DNA of 64,000 nucleotides from Batkoa obscura (Eukaryota): NCBI GenBank assembly GCA_030770535.1, contig JASVEC010000020.1, positions 558,001 to 622,000 of the forward strand, read 5' to 3'. Shown piece by piece: positions 40,376 to 52,499 of this stretch (position 1 is its first letter; each line of letters starts with the position of its first letter). The notes under the pieces were generated by a model. It saw only the letters and a program-made list of their open reading frames with translations, ran no database searches and was not told where the DNA came from. The position numbers and the translations under genes were made by a program.

Positions 40376-40933
40376 TTAACCAAAACGAGTACCGAAAACA
40401 TTGTTAGGGTCATTACGATCACCTGAGAAGGTAGTGACTTCATTGGAGTTATTGAATTTAACGTTATGAGAGTGGAGATAAGCACCAGTACCTTCATGAC
40501 GTAAAACAAAACGATCATTGGCGTGCCAGTCACCACCGGAACCGTCTTGTTTTTCGACAATCCAGTTATCGTTATTATCAGAAGCGTTATCATTACCGAA
40601 GCAAGAAACTTCATTTTGACCTGAAGATGGGGAACGTACGTTATGAGAATGTAACCACTTAAAGGTAGCCATGTGGTAGATACGTACTTTTGAACCATAA
40701 GGTATACGATTACCGTGTGGGATATCTTGGCCGTAAGGGGTAACTACTTGCCACCAATCTTCATGTTCAGCATTTTGAGAAGCAGCATGAACAATTTGTT
40801 GGCTGGAACCACCTTGGTAGTTTTGGGATGAGGAACGAATATAATAACCAGTTTCTAAATGGCGTAAGCAGATTTTAGAGCCGATATGGACGTTATGGTC
40901 GTCACCAATGTGATTAAAAACTGGGAAAGGCAT
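40376..40933 (-). CDS. Stand-alone MIR-domain (beta-trefoil, SDF2/PMT-loop-like) protein without signal peptide
   Basis: Three MIR motifs: GSKICLRHLETGYYIRS, GSKVRIYHMATFKWLHSH and DRFVLRHEGTGAYLHSH, plus SP.SGQNEVSCFG...DNNDNW. A TATA-like element lies ~50 nt upstream. Confidence 0.88.
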   Translation of the reverse strand: MPFPVFNHIGDDHNVHIGSKICLRHLETGYYIRSSSQNYQGGSSQQIVHAASQNAEHEDWWQVVTPYGQDIPHGNRIPYGSKVRIYHMATFKWLHSHNVRSPSSGQNEVSCFGNDNASDNNDNWIVEKQDGSGGDWHANDRFVLRHEGTGAYLHSHNVKFNNSNEVTTFSGDRNDPNNVFGTRFG

Positions 40934-41640
40934 GTTTGATAGAAATAATAATAAAAAATAATAAAATGTACGGAGCTTTTACCTTTTTATATTGCTTTTG
41001 GGTAGTATTACTAGGATAGATTTGATGACATTTCATTAAGTATGATTGGTTCCTATTGTTATAACTATTTATTTCCTTGTTATTTATTAATGATTGGAAT
41101 CTATGACGTAGCCTAAGTTTGACTTAATATCCTCTATTTATTCTTACTTAAATCATAAGCCACTAATTATTTTTGGTCTTATTCTTGGGCAAATTCTTTT
41201 TATTAACAAAGTGACTTTTTCATTAATATAATAAAGTATTTGATAATCAATGAACACTGGTAACATATAATATATAATATATAATAATAAAATAATAATA
41301 TTATAAATAGTTTTGTTTTTTATTTAGTTTTTTAGTTTTAGTTTTTTATTTAGTTTTTTATTTAGTTTCTTGTTTAGTTTTAGTTTTATTTTTCTATTAG
41401 CTAATGCAATTTAAGTGGGATTTATGTTTCAGACAATTCTTAAGTGTGAGTGTTTGATGCTAAGTTGTTTAATTTTACTGAATTGCATTCTTCAGTTTAA
41501 TTAAACAGCAGTAGTTATTTGGTTCAAACAAATATAGCAGATAGTAAAACTGTACAATAAACTAATAAAATAATATAGTGTTTTAACGAAAGGATTCAAA
41601 CTATTTATCATTACTTTTAAATTAAAAGCTATGATTTTGA

Positions 41641-41688
41641 ATTTTATTTTATTTTATTTTATTTTATTTTTATTTTATTTTTATTTTT
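41641..41688 (+). repeat. (ATTTT)n-type microsatellite; a second imperfect TTTTTATTTAG array lies at ~41310-41390
   Basis: Directly visible tandem repeats. Confidence 0.8.
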
Positions 41689-42013
41689 ACTAAAAATAAT
41701 AAAATGACAAATTTATAAAGCTAACTTATTTCATTTAATACTGATTGACCATTATTTATCACTCATGTTTTTGACAAAATATCGTTAACACTAGAATGAT
41801 TTTAGCTTATCTATGGCTTTTTTGATCTATTGTATTTACTTTTTATTTAATAATAATATTTTTATTATTTCTAAATTTTAATAAAAATCCCAAATTTTTT
41901 AAATGAACCTAACATCAGAACTGCAATTAATGCTAGCCAATCAAACCCAATCATTAGGTTTTTATAGATGAGATAAGATAAATGAATATTTGACAAACTA
42001 CGATATTTTAAAG

Positions 42014-42386
42014 ATGGGTTACACATTACCAAAATTAACACATACTCAATATATACAACGTCTTTATAAGCGCTCCCTTAAATTAGCTTTAGATTGGCAT
42101 GTTACTCGTGATGTATGGCGTAAGGAAGCATTAAACATCCGTTCTCGCTTTGAAGCTAATCGTGGAGTAAGTGCTCCTAAAGACATTCGTGCTTTGATCC
42201 AAAAAACAGAAGCTGAATTAGAAGAACGCTCTCATCCCGATCCTCATATTTGGATTACTGCCCCAGAAGGCACTAAATGGGAAAGATTTGGGGTACAAAA
42301 GCCTATTGTAAGTTTTAATGATTGTAATTATATAAATTATTAATAGTGTTTTTTAGTTTTTTAAGAGTACTTATAAAGAGGAATAA
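42014..42386 (+). CDS. NDUFB9: Complex I subunit NDUFB9 (B22, LYR family); 2 exons
   Basis: RLYKRSLKLALDW...RD.WR..A..IRSRFEANR...HPDP....APEGTKWER. Confidence 0.92.
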
Positions 42387-42976
42387 ATTTACTAAAGAAT
42401 TTGTTAAATTACTATTATAGATTTTAGTTACTGGTAAATAGTTCGATTTATATTAATTTTAAAATGAATTTTCTATTTTACTAACTTTATAGGGTTAATT
42501 TAGGTCAATTTATTTTTAAAGTTAAATCTCAATGTTTTGCCAATATTTTTTCTAATTAAATCTATATAATATGCTAATTAATTATAAAGGAAAGTATTTA
42601 GGAACAAAAACTATGTTAGATGTAAATGTGATTTAAATTAAAGATTGGTCAGAGTCAAAGACATTAAAGTGGGAATAGAAGGGAAATTAATTTAGGACTA
42701 TAATTCTGAAATAAAGATGATAAAGATGAGTACTAAGTACTAAGATTTGTTATTATGGAAATGGGTATAGTATACAATCGTGTTAAAAAACGAGTCAGTA
42801 TAAATTAATCTAGAAAGAATTGTTAATTTCATTTGTATTTTTTGTGTTAGAATAAATAAATTGAAAGCTATATGTTTAAATATTAAATATTTTAAAATAA
42901 TAAAAAGCACACATTTTATAAAGGCTTTGATATGTTGTATCAAAAAAGCTAGACTAAAATTAATTATTTATTTATA

Positions 42977-43900
42977 TTAAAACATATTCCAATCGATAAA
43001 TTCCTTATAGGCAGATATCCTAGTAAATAAACCAGGTACTCCTTTTTTACCGCATTCTCTACCAAAGGAAGTAATTCCATAAAGAACTGGTGAATTGTTC
43101 TCATCATAGCCTATCAAGGGACCTCCACTGTCTCCCTTACATGCATCTAATAATATTAGCATCATTTAAATAGACTAAATAGCATATAGCTTACCTTGTG
43201 ATTTTTCTTTAGATCCACCAGCACAAAGCATGATTGAAGATTGAAAATCATTGTATATATTTTTGACCATTGACTCACATTTTTTAGCTGTTACAAGTGG
43301 CAATTCAACCTGCATAAGCTTATCTGAAATTGAAAATTCATCCTTTGGATCGGTTCTGCCCCATCCCATCGCGAATAATTGAGTGCTATCCATGTTATCT
43401 ATTTTATCCGTAGCAAAAGTAGGAAACTCTTTTACTTTTGTTTCTCTATCTAGCTTAAGGATAAGGAGGTCTGAATAAATCATAGAAGGGGTATAAGCAT
43501 AGTCAGTATGAAGGATTCTTCGAATAACTCTAAAGTCTTCACCCTGATCTTTAGTTTTATTACTTATATTAGTATAGCCTACTCGAACAATAACGTCTTG
43601 GGTACAAATTTCGTTTAAACTTAAACAATGACCAGCAGATAAAACAATATCAGAGGCTATTAATGTACCACCACAAAAGTGTTCCCTTTTAGAATTTGAA
43701 ATTGAAACCATCCAAGGAAACTTGTTTTTGGTAACTTCAATACCACCAATAATTCTAGCATCGTCTTGCTTTAATGATTTATCTGAGAGCCCATTGTTGG
43801 TGGTCATGTTATAACTTGGTTCCAGCTTTGGCTTTGCAATCTTAGCCTGTAATAAATTGCATAACGCTAAAAGCCCGATTGTAGCACTGCTAACTTTCAT
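42977..43900 (-). CDS. Secreted trypsin-like serine protease (S1A); one intron ~43148-43194
   Basis: Signal peptide, activation site R|IIGG, HFCGGTLI, SAGHC, SDLLIL and DACKGDSGGP (Asp in the S1 pocket indicates trypsin specificity). Confidence 0.95.
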
Positions 43901-44952
43901 TTTAAATAAACTACAAAGATTTGATTAACTAACTCATGGATTTAATAATAAATTGAAGAACATTCGTGGAGGAATTGTATTTTCCAAATATGTTAATATT
44001 CGTAAGCTAATGTGGTTCAAAATAAGTTAATGTGGTTCAAAATAAAGTTAACTTTGTAAGTCAGCTATAAACTATTTTTAAAATTTACACAATATATATA
44101 CTGATCTTTCATCTATATTATTGTCCCTAGGTCCAATTATAGAAACAACTCTCATAGAATTGAAATAGCACTTAGAAAATTAGCATGATATTATATAAGG
44201 ATGACATGTAAATCTTGAGTGAATATTCTTATTGAGAACTTAACTTTGATTTTTATAAAATTTAATATCTTTTGTTAAAATCTATTTTGTTAGTAATATT
44301 CGTTTTTTACATTAAGTTTGTATAGCTTGAACATATTTAATATAATATTCAAAGGCTCAAAAACTTTTAAGTCACATATTTAGTATTAAAAATGACGAAC
44401 ATTAAGAAATATTTTTTATTTATCTTGAAAAAAGTTGATATATTCTAACATATTTTTCATGTTATAAATACATTAATTACATATTATAATAATACTATTA
44501 AGATAGACCACTGAATTTCAATTATCCGATGTGTTAATTAAATAAAAATAAGATGGAGATGTTATTTATAATCAAGATCATACTTTTGACTTGTGCTATT
44601 GTTTTAGCTGACTGTTAATCCTTTTTAAATTTAGTGTTTAAATAAAATGAGCAATTTCATCAATACTATTAAAATACAAGTTAAAATAGCTTGTACAAGG
44701 AAATTTCAAAACCATCTCTTTTTTATGTTTATAGAATTTTTCACAATTAGTCGATTTATCTCCTTAATAAGGAACATTATTTTATGCCTAACAATATAAA
44801 TTTTTAAAAATTTATTAGCGGTTTATTCTAAAAATCAAAGGAAATTTTTAATATTTAAAGGGTTATTTTAAATTCGTATAATTGAAAGCACTTTTAAGAA
44901 ATCCAGATTGGAGAAGTGATAATTTGGTGTTAATTATAGTTAAATAGTCATA

Positions 44953-45691
44953 CTAAAAAGCTGAATCTGGGAAGCTGTTAAAAATTTCTACATTTTTTGG
45001 CAAAGAAGGATCCTTCTTTAAGCTAGTAATAGGATCATGCGTTTTAGATAGGATTAGTATCAACCTTGACATGGACATCCTTAGTCCCCTGATTACATCC
45101 ATTTCGCTATCCACATGTATATGGGGCTCAATGTGTCGTACGATATGTGATCTACCAATAGTTGTTTCACAAAAGATAACCTTTCTTACATCCAAACCGT
45201 GTTTTTTTGACAATTCTGAGTTATAAATAAGTTCTTCTATTTGTTTTTGTTCTTTTTTTGATCCTACAGTCCCAATTAAGTATAATTCATATTGTTCACA
45301 TAGCTTTTGCAATATTGGGACAATTGATTCAACAAAAGCGTAATTAGGAACAGATGGATCTTTTGATGGGTTCCAAAGCACAATCTGTAAATAATGTTAA
45401 AACCAATTTTGTACTGTCGCTTTAATGTTTACCTTATCTAACGATATCGAAAGAACCTTCTTTTTGCGCGATCTTTTGGGTAATATAGCTTTTTTTGGTT
45501 TAAACTAAAGTAAATATTTTAGCACAATATAATTTCAATTTAATTATTATTCTTACAACTAAACCAAGCCAAGACGAATGATACTTAAATTTGTAATACC
45601 ATGCTAATATCGATAATGCAATAATAAATATTATTTGCGTTGGGTATTTTTTTATCAATTTTACAATTTGGTATTTTGAAAATGAAAACAT
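44953..45691 (-). CDS. PEX22: PEX22-like peroxisomal membrane protein; 3 exons
   Basis: An N-terminal TM flanked by basic residues, and KVIFCETTIGRSHIVRHIEPHIHVD, which resembles the Pex22 motif KVLFCST..GR..FVRQLEP..HID. Confidence 0.7.
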
Positions 45692-46075
45692 TAAAAATAA
45701 AAATTCGAGTAAATTGGTTTGTTTAAATATCAGGCTCTAACTTTAGTCATGAGGTTAAGTTAAAGGTACTTGATACTTTATTGGCTATAAAGGTTAAGGA
45801 GTTTACATGTGAAAAATTGTTTTCCTATTTTATTCAATTAACCAATAAGTCTAGCTTCTTTGATTTTTATTTGCTTTTATTTGCTTATTTTAAGCTCAAT
45901 TTATTTGGCTATTTCACTAAACTTAGAAGTTTGCGTTAATTAAATATGCAGATCTTCTATTAACTTATGCCCAAACCATTATGAGGCCAAAAAGCTTTTG
46001 AGTATTTAAAGGGATTCATTTCTTACACTTGATTTACGTAATTAAAAAATAGATAAAATAACTTTATTATAATAT

Positions 46076-46173
46076 GGGAATGTATTTTTGTATTTAAGAA
46101 TTTTACTGACAATTTTTCCACATAAATAGCGCTTAAAAAATGGAAAAATAATGAAACTAAAAAAAACAGCCCC
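46076..46173 (+). mobile_element. ~100-bp MITE, copy 4
   Basis: GGGAATGTATTTTTG...AATAGCGCTTAAAAAATGGAAAAATAATGAAACTAAAAAAAACAGCCCC; TSD ATAT/ATAT. Confidence 0.87.
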
Positions 46174-47095
46174 ATATATTGGAATATGAGCTTAAACTTT
46201 TAAGATTTAAATCAATGTTTGGATATAATTAAAAATAATGATATAATTTAAGATCAAAGATAATATAAACTCAATAGCGCAATCATTCTATTTAGTGTTC
46301 TATTCTCGGACTATTGTGATCCATTTAATAAATGATTAACATGAAACTAAAAACTAGCATTAAAACTATAATTAACACTTCATTTGTATTTTTATTTTAT
46401 TGAAGTTTAGAGTCATAAAAGAAAATAAATTATTTTAAAACAACTTTCTAATAGTTTAAAATGACAATTGTTTTTAATAATCAATAGTAAATAATAAATG
46501 TTTCTTTATTTTAATAATGATTGTATAGATATTGGCATAACTTACATATAATTCCCAAAACATACTTATTGAGGTAATATATATTTGATAACTTATTAAT
46601 TAAATTATATTTTGCATAATACAATGCCTTGAGGTAAAAGCTTTGTTTTGAAACAATATATAGAATGAATTTTAAAAGTTTAGGATTATTTGATAGGCAA
46701 TAATGGAGTTATAAAATAAAATAATTTGTATTAAAATTAATAATATTAAATATTAGCTTTAGATCATATATTTGATATATCATATTTTTAAAGAACGATT
46801 TACATTTATAACAACTTTTCCAAAAACAGAAAGTTTGGCCCTTTATAACTGTTTATAATTTAGCTAAATAGTGCTACTAAAAAATAATAGCATAAAATAT
46901 AAACCCAAAATGGTTTTTGATATTATAGTAGTAAACACTCTTATCTCAATATAATATAAAAATTAGGTATATACTATGATAAATTCAAAATAAAAACAAA
47001 AACAAATTAGAACTCGCTTTTAAACTCAATTAATAAAAAAAATCAAATTAACTTGGACACTAATTAATAATATAAAACCAATCTTATTAATGAAA

Positions 47096-48584
47096 TTATT
47101 GGGAACTTTGTTTTTCAATCGCGCGCAATTTTTCATCATTTTCACGCGCTAATTTCAACTGCTCTTCACGATCACGTTCTAACTCTTTCTTTTCTTGATC
47201 AAGCTAAAAATCAATTAATATCAAGATACTGATGTTATTTTAATATAATTTACTCTTTCTCTTTCTAGTCTCATACGCTCTTGCTCCATACGTAAACGAT
47301 CAGTATCAGTGAAGGCTTCAAAGCTAAAAAGATTAATCAATGTATTACGATATTTAATTATATTTACTCATCGTATTCTCCAGTACGTGATAATTTTTCA
47401 GTACGATAACTTTCATATAAGCTGTCGTGAGTAATAAGTTTAAGATCAGTCATATGGGAGCTAGAAATGTATCAAAAAGCTAAAAAATTCTATAAAAAAT
47501 TTACTTGAAAAGCATAAAGCGTAAGCGAGCAGTATCACAGAGATCAGGATCGTCAACTAGATAACAATAATTCAATATATTAAAACTATTTATAAATCAT
47601 ATTACCATCAATTATACCCCAAGGGTATCTTCTAATTCTTTTAAAATCATTTTTTCCTTCTTGAATTTCCTCTTCATGGCTAATGACTGCAAAAGGTAAC
47701 ATAGACTAAAAATTTAATGACTGATAAATTTAAGAAAACAATGATACCTTTAATTCTTCATTTTCCTCAATAGTGTCTTCATCATCTTCTACTGGATCAT
47801 ATGGAAAATTATAAATTGGAATATGATAATGATCAACATCTTCCATAATTTTTGCTTTGAATTCTTTAAGCTCCTGCTTAGTAAAAGAATCAGCTTTTGC
47901 AATAATTGGGATTACATTGACACGAGGTCCTAACTTTTTCATCAATTCAACATCCAATTCTCTCAGTCCATGACCAGTAGGTGTGATAAAATAAAGTAAA
48001 GCATGAATACGATTATCTTGGAAACGGGGATTACGCTTAATCCTTGTTTCTTCAGCTAAAATATTATCAAACTGCATTTCAATATGGTTTAATATTTTTT
48101 CAAAGCTATTTAAATTTAATATATATTTCTTTTTGTACAAATATCATTACCATTTTTGATTATCAATATTATCCCCAAATCCTGGTGTATCTGTGATAGT
48201 TAAACTAATTCTCATACCATCTTCCTCAATTTCTAAATTCAAATTAAAGACTTTCCTTTTACAGTAAAATAAAGTTAATACCAACGTTATAGTTCTTGAT
48301 TTCTAATTCAGGTACATTTGTATCCAAAGGTTTACTATATATGGAGTAATCCCTCTCTGGTAAAACGTTCTTATCACATAAAGTGTTTACAAAGCTTGAT
48401 CTTCCACAACCCGAAGCACCTAATTTTTTAGTTATGTTGGATATATAAAGGTAGTATCTTACCAACTAGCATAACACTAAAAGGTATTCCCTTTTTAGCG
48501 TTCTTCCAACGTCCACCAATTCTCTAAAATAATGTTATTAAATTGTTTGCTAAAAGTCAAGGTGCTATCTATTACGTGTGACAT
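47096..48584 (-). CDS. CDC11: Septin, Cdc11/AspA/Spn3 group; multi-exon
   Basis: KNAKKGIPFSVMLVGASGCGRSSFVNTLC, DTPGFGD, EETRIKRNPRFQDNRIHALLYFI.PTGHGLRELD, AKADS, RRYPWG, YESYRTEKLS and a C-terminal coiled coil. Confidence 0.88.
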
Positions 48585-49236
48585 GAGTTTTTACTATCAA
48601 AGACTTGAATTTATCTTAAGCCACTTTTTTGACAATTAATGGCCTATTTTAATAGCGTAATCTATAAGTATATTCCAAATTTTACCCAATCATAGTTCTT
48701 CTTCTTTGCGAAAATCTTTTTGCATTCTTTACTTTAAATATTTTGTTCCATATCAATATTTGAAAATTTGACTTCACAGTTAAAGAAGTTTTATCTGAAT
48801 ACATATAATAATAAGTAAGAAGATTTTAATTCGCATTTTATTTTATTAGTAAGATCATAAGATTTTTCTATATTATAAAAAATTTTACTAAAAAGTGAAA
48901 ATATATTTAAATATATTTTTTAGCTAATTTTTTATAAATCTAAACTATTTCTAAAATGCATAAATCTATACAGTTGTTGCGGCTTTTGTGATTTTTCGAA
49001 ATAAATTTTATAAAGCATTTATATAACCCAATTTTTTTAAAGCCTGCTCATATTGTAACTGAACTATAACATAAATTTTTTACTTAAATGGAAAGTTAAA
49101 TCTAAAGGATTGCAACAGTTGTGAATGAGTATGATTAGCATTAATTTTAAACAAATTGGCCATAAAAACAAAATTTAACTACTTAGCCATTAAAATAATT
49201 GTATAAAGGTAAAGTAAAAATAAAAATTCATATAGA

Positions 49237-50226
49237 ATGTTAACTAAAAACTTGATTTTATCTTTAAGCCTGTTAATGTGGGTAACAGGACAAGATGATT
49301 TCAATATAGATAGAGAGGTAAAGAGTTTAAGTGAAAAATACAGCTATAGCAATTCGATATCGTTGAGAGCCATGTTGAGGAATAAACTCATAAAGAAAAA
49401 ACAATTAGCAACTAGTAGAGTAATAACTAAGCTAAGGACTAATACTATCAAAGAAGTAAAAGAAGGTGCGATCTTTGCCTCAGTAGCACCTTGCAATTGG
49501 GACTTATTAAAAAAATGGAAATGTAAAGCATGTTTAAAAGTTCCCAATAACGTTTTTGTAGATTATTTTCATAGCATCCCAACTGAAGCCTTTGCCCTAC
49601 TTATCAAAGATGAAAAAGAAGCCACTTTTAGATTAATATTCCGTGGTTCTACAACCCTAACGAATGAAATCCACAATAGAATTACTCTACAAACCCCATT
49701 TAGTTCAAGTTCTTGGACAGTCAAAGTTCACACAGGTTTTAGATTAGGTATGGAGTCTATTTCAAAGGCCATAATTTCAAAATTGGGGGATCTATATAAA
49801 CAAGAGCAATATAAAGATTATAGTTTGAAAGTATATGGACATTCTTTAGGTGGCGCATTAGCTAGTTTAGCAATACTAAAAATCCAAGGTGAACTAGAAT
49901 TAAACGAAGATAAATTATATCTGTTTACTTATGGACAACCTAGAGTTGGAAACTATGCGTTTGTACGTTCTTTTAATGACCACAAATTTCATAGCTCAAG
50001 AGTTGCCAATTATTATGATGAAGTGGTTCATTTTCCATCTTATATTATGGAAGATTATGTACACTTTAATAATGAGATCTTTATTGATAAAGATAGTAGC
50101 GTAATTCAGTGTAATTCTTCCTACTTTGAGGATCCCAAATGCTCTCAAAAAGTTCCAATAACATACTTGGTTAGAGACTCGCATGCCGATTACTTTATTG
50201 ATTTTGCCCATAAAAGCACTTGTTAA
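49237..50226 (+). CDS. Secreted class-3 lipase, subfamily A, 329 aa
   Basis: Signal peptide, FRGS, GHSLGG, TYGQPRVGN, DEVVHFP and DSHADY. Colinear with 21125-22114. Confidence 0.92.
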   Translation: MLTKNLILSLSLLMWVTGQDDFNIDREVKSLSEKYSYSNSISLRAMLRNKLIKKKQLATSRVITKLRTNTIKEVKEGAIFASVAPCNWDLLKKWKCKACLKVPNNVFVDYFHSIPTEAFALLIKDEKEATFRLIFRGSTTLTNEIHNRITLQTPFSSSSWTVKVHTGFRLGMESISKAIISKLGDLYKQEQYKDYSLKVYGHSLGGALASLAILKIQGELELNEDKLYLFTYGQPRVGNYAFVRSFNDHKFHSSRVANYYDEVVHFPSYIMEDYVHFNNEIFIDKDSSVIQCNSSYFEDPKCSQKVPITYLVRDSHADYFIDFAHKSTC

Positions 50227-50758
50227 AATGAAGTTGATTTGTACTACAATAAAAATGAGTAAAAAGTTGATGTATGAATTTTAAAAGCGATATAATAATT
50301 ATAAATGTATTTAAAAATATTAAGTTATGTGTTAGAAACAATCTTGTAATTCTATTTCAACTTAATTTGTTGTTCACCGGGATCTGTAAAAAAGCATAGA
50401 CCTAGATTTTGGAATCCCAGATACCAGTATAATAACCAAATTTACATATGTCTTACATTTATAAACGACAGATTGTATTAAATCACCAATCATAAAGTTA
50501 TGATACTATCCAAGGGTTTGTGATAATTGGCCTAGAGATTATGGCTTTTGGATAGGAACACATTAAATCTAATGTGATTCCCAAGGATTATATATTTTAA
50601 ATTGTAGCTTTGATTTTGTAACTATAAATAAAAGTAAAAATACGTTGATTTAAAATAAAGAATAAAATTAAATATAATGTATTAAAAAGAAACAGGGTAA
50701 ATATGTTATAACACTTATTTTGTTTTTGAATTAAGTAAGAAAGTATAATCGATTATAT

Positions 50759-50857
50759 GGGGATGTATTTTTATATTTAAGAATTTTACTAACAATTTTT
50801 CCAGTCAAATAATGCTTAAAAGACACAAAAAGTGGTGAAGCCAAAAGAAACATCCCC
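50759..50857 (+). mobile_element. ~100-bp MITE, copy 5
   Basis: GGGGATGTATTTT...AAACATCCCC; TSD ATAT/ATAT. Confidence 0.87.
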
Positions 50858-50925
50858 ATATTATAAATAAAATGAGAATGATTTTTGGTTTCACTATTTT
50901 GGCCACTTTAAACGACACATAAAAT

Positions 50926-51024
50926 GGGAGTGTTTTTTTTGACTTCATTATTTTTTCCATTTTTTAAGCGCTATTTGAGTGGAAAATTTGTTGGTAAAAT
51001 TCTTGAACATAAAAATACATCCCC
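50926..51024 (-). mobile_element. ~100-bp MITE, copy 6
   Basis: GGGAGTGTTTTT...AAAAATACATCCCC; TSD AAAT/AAAT. Confidence 0.87.
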
Positions 51025-51083
51025 AAATGCTAAATACCAACAAAAGAATAAATAAATAATACATTGAACCAACGTAATTATCA

Positions 51084-51156
51084 GGGGTAGTAGCTCAATC
51101 GGTAGAGTACTCGCTTTGCATGCGAGGGGCACGGGGATCGAAACCCTGCTACTCCA
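51084..51156 (+). tRNA. tRNA-Ala (anticodon UGC)
   Basis: Acceptor stem GGGGTAG/CTACTCC-A with the G3:U70 alanine determinant, anticodon stem CTCGC/GCGAG around TT-TGC-AT, T-loop GATCGAAA and a downstream poly-T terminator. Confidence 0.96.
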
Positions 51157-51849
51157 TTGTTTATTTTTTTTCAAATGAAAAAGCTATACTGATTCAAGCA
51201 GTTATTAAAGGATTAAAGTATTTTGTATTCAAAGTGAAATGAAGCATGTAATTTTGGAAAATGTGAGTTTATTGGGCAATAATTTTAGAACACTATTGGA
51301 ATTAGTCAAAGGGACTAGTAAATATATTTATTTTTCAAATTAATCAATATAAACCAAATACTGTCATTACTGACATAGTATATGGGAAGCTGGGCTATCA
51401 CTAAATATCAAAAAATATTCAAATATATTCATTTGATCTTGTTGCTGCTAACCCAAGGGACACTGCTTACAATTAACAAATACAGTGTTTTTAAGCTATT
51501 ATGTCTATTCAATAAAAAAGGTGGATCAGACTGTATAGTTTTTTTTAAATAATAATTAAAACAAAAGTGAACAAAATTTCAAATATTGTATTAAAAATAA
51601 ATGTAACTTTAGTCATAATAATAATAATGTCAATATCCCATATATGTTTGCTTTCGTTTCAACTATTATTAAAAAAAATAGCACTTTATTTTATTATTTT
51701 GAAATAGTAGAGTAAGTTAATAGTATTGAAATACAAAGCAATAAAATAGCTTACATATAAAATAAAAAAATACCTAGTTCAACAAAGATTATTTTTACTG
51801 AAAGTAATAGTAGTTAGGATTTAAAGTGGAGTTACTAAAATAAGCTTGA

Positions 51850-52499
51850 GGATGATGGCTATACTTTGCCAATTGGTATTGATGACGCTTTGGAGCTATG
51901 ATTGAGTTCATGTCCTTAAAGTAAGTTAACATAAAATCAATGTAGAAGTTAATATTCATGAAATACTTGGAATTGAAAATAATTACATTGTTTAAGTTAG
52001 ATTGTATTATTGGCCTGTTTTGAATATTAAAGAGTAGATCATCAACACTAAGGTTACAATCTATAAGTTTAAGTTTAACTAGAAAGACATGAGCTGGTTA
52101 AAAACTTCAAAAAATCGATTCCTAAAGTGAAGGTGCGTAAAGTCAATTTCAACAGATTATTTTTCTTCTTTGGATGAATATCTTTAATTAAAAACACTAA
52201 ACTGTTTTTGATAAATAAACTCAAATAAGTATTGATAGAAAATAACATACGCAATTTCTTCGTTGTGAAATTTGCAGAGTGTTCTAAATTTATTTGGTTT
52301 AATCTTGGAAACATTCCATTATTAATCACTATTTCACTTAAAGCAATACTGTAATGTTAATTCCCTTACATCAAATACACCTTCAAATCTAATATCAAAA
52401 TTTATAGTGATATAAAGAGACTTAATATTTGGAAAATGATCAAAATTAATTAAAATTCCTTTTGAGTTTAGTAATTTGATATGCTCTAAATGTAAATAT
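51850..52499 (-). pseudogene. 3' half of an F-box/LRR-type gene, cut off at the transposon left end (3' boundary approximate)
   Basis: YLHLEHIKLLNSKGILINFDHFPNIKSLYI... and LVFLIKDIHPKKKNNLLKLTLRTFTLGIDFLKFLTSSC align to the paralog at 55202-56635. Stops and frameshifts are present. Confidence 0.75.

Noticed and set aside
50370..50600. Slightly GC-richer patches that might be LINE relics (also ~57230-57480)
   Set aside because: No sustained reading frame or diagnostic RT/endonuclease motif could be read.
50971..51174. 67-aa minus-strand ORF
   Set aside because: It is the reverse complement of the tRNA-Ala gene plus a MITE.
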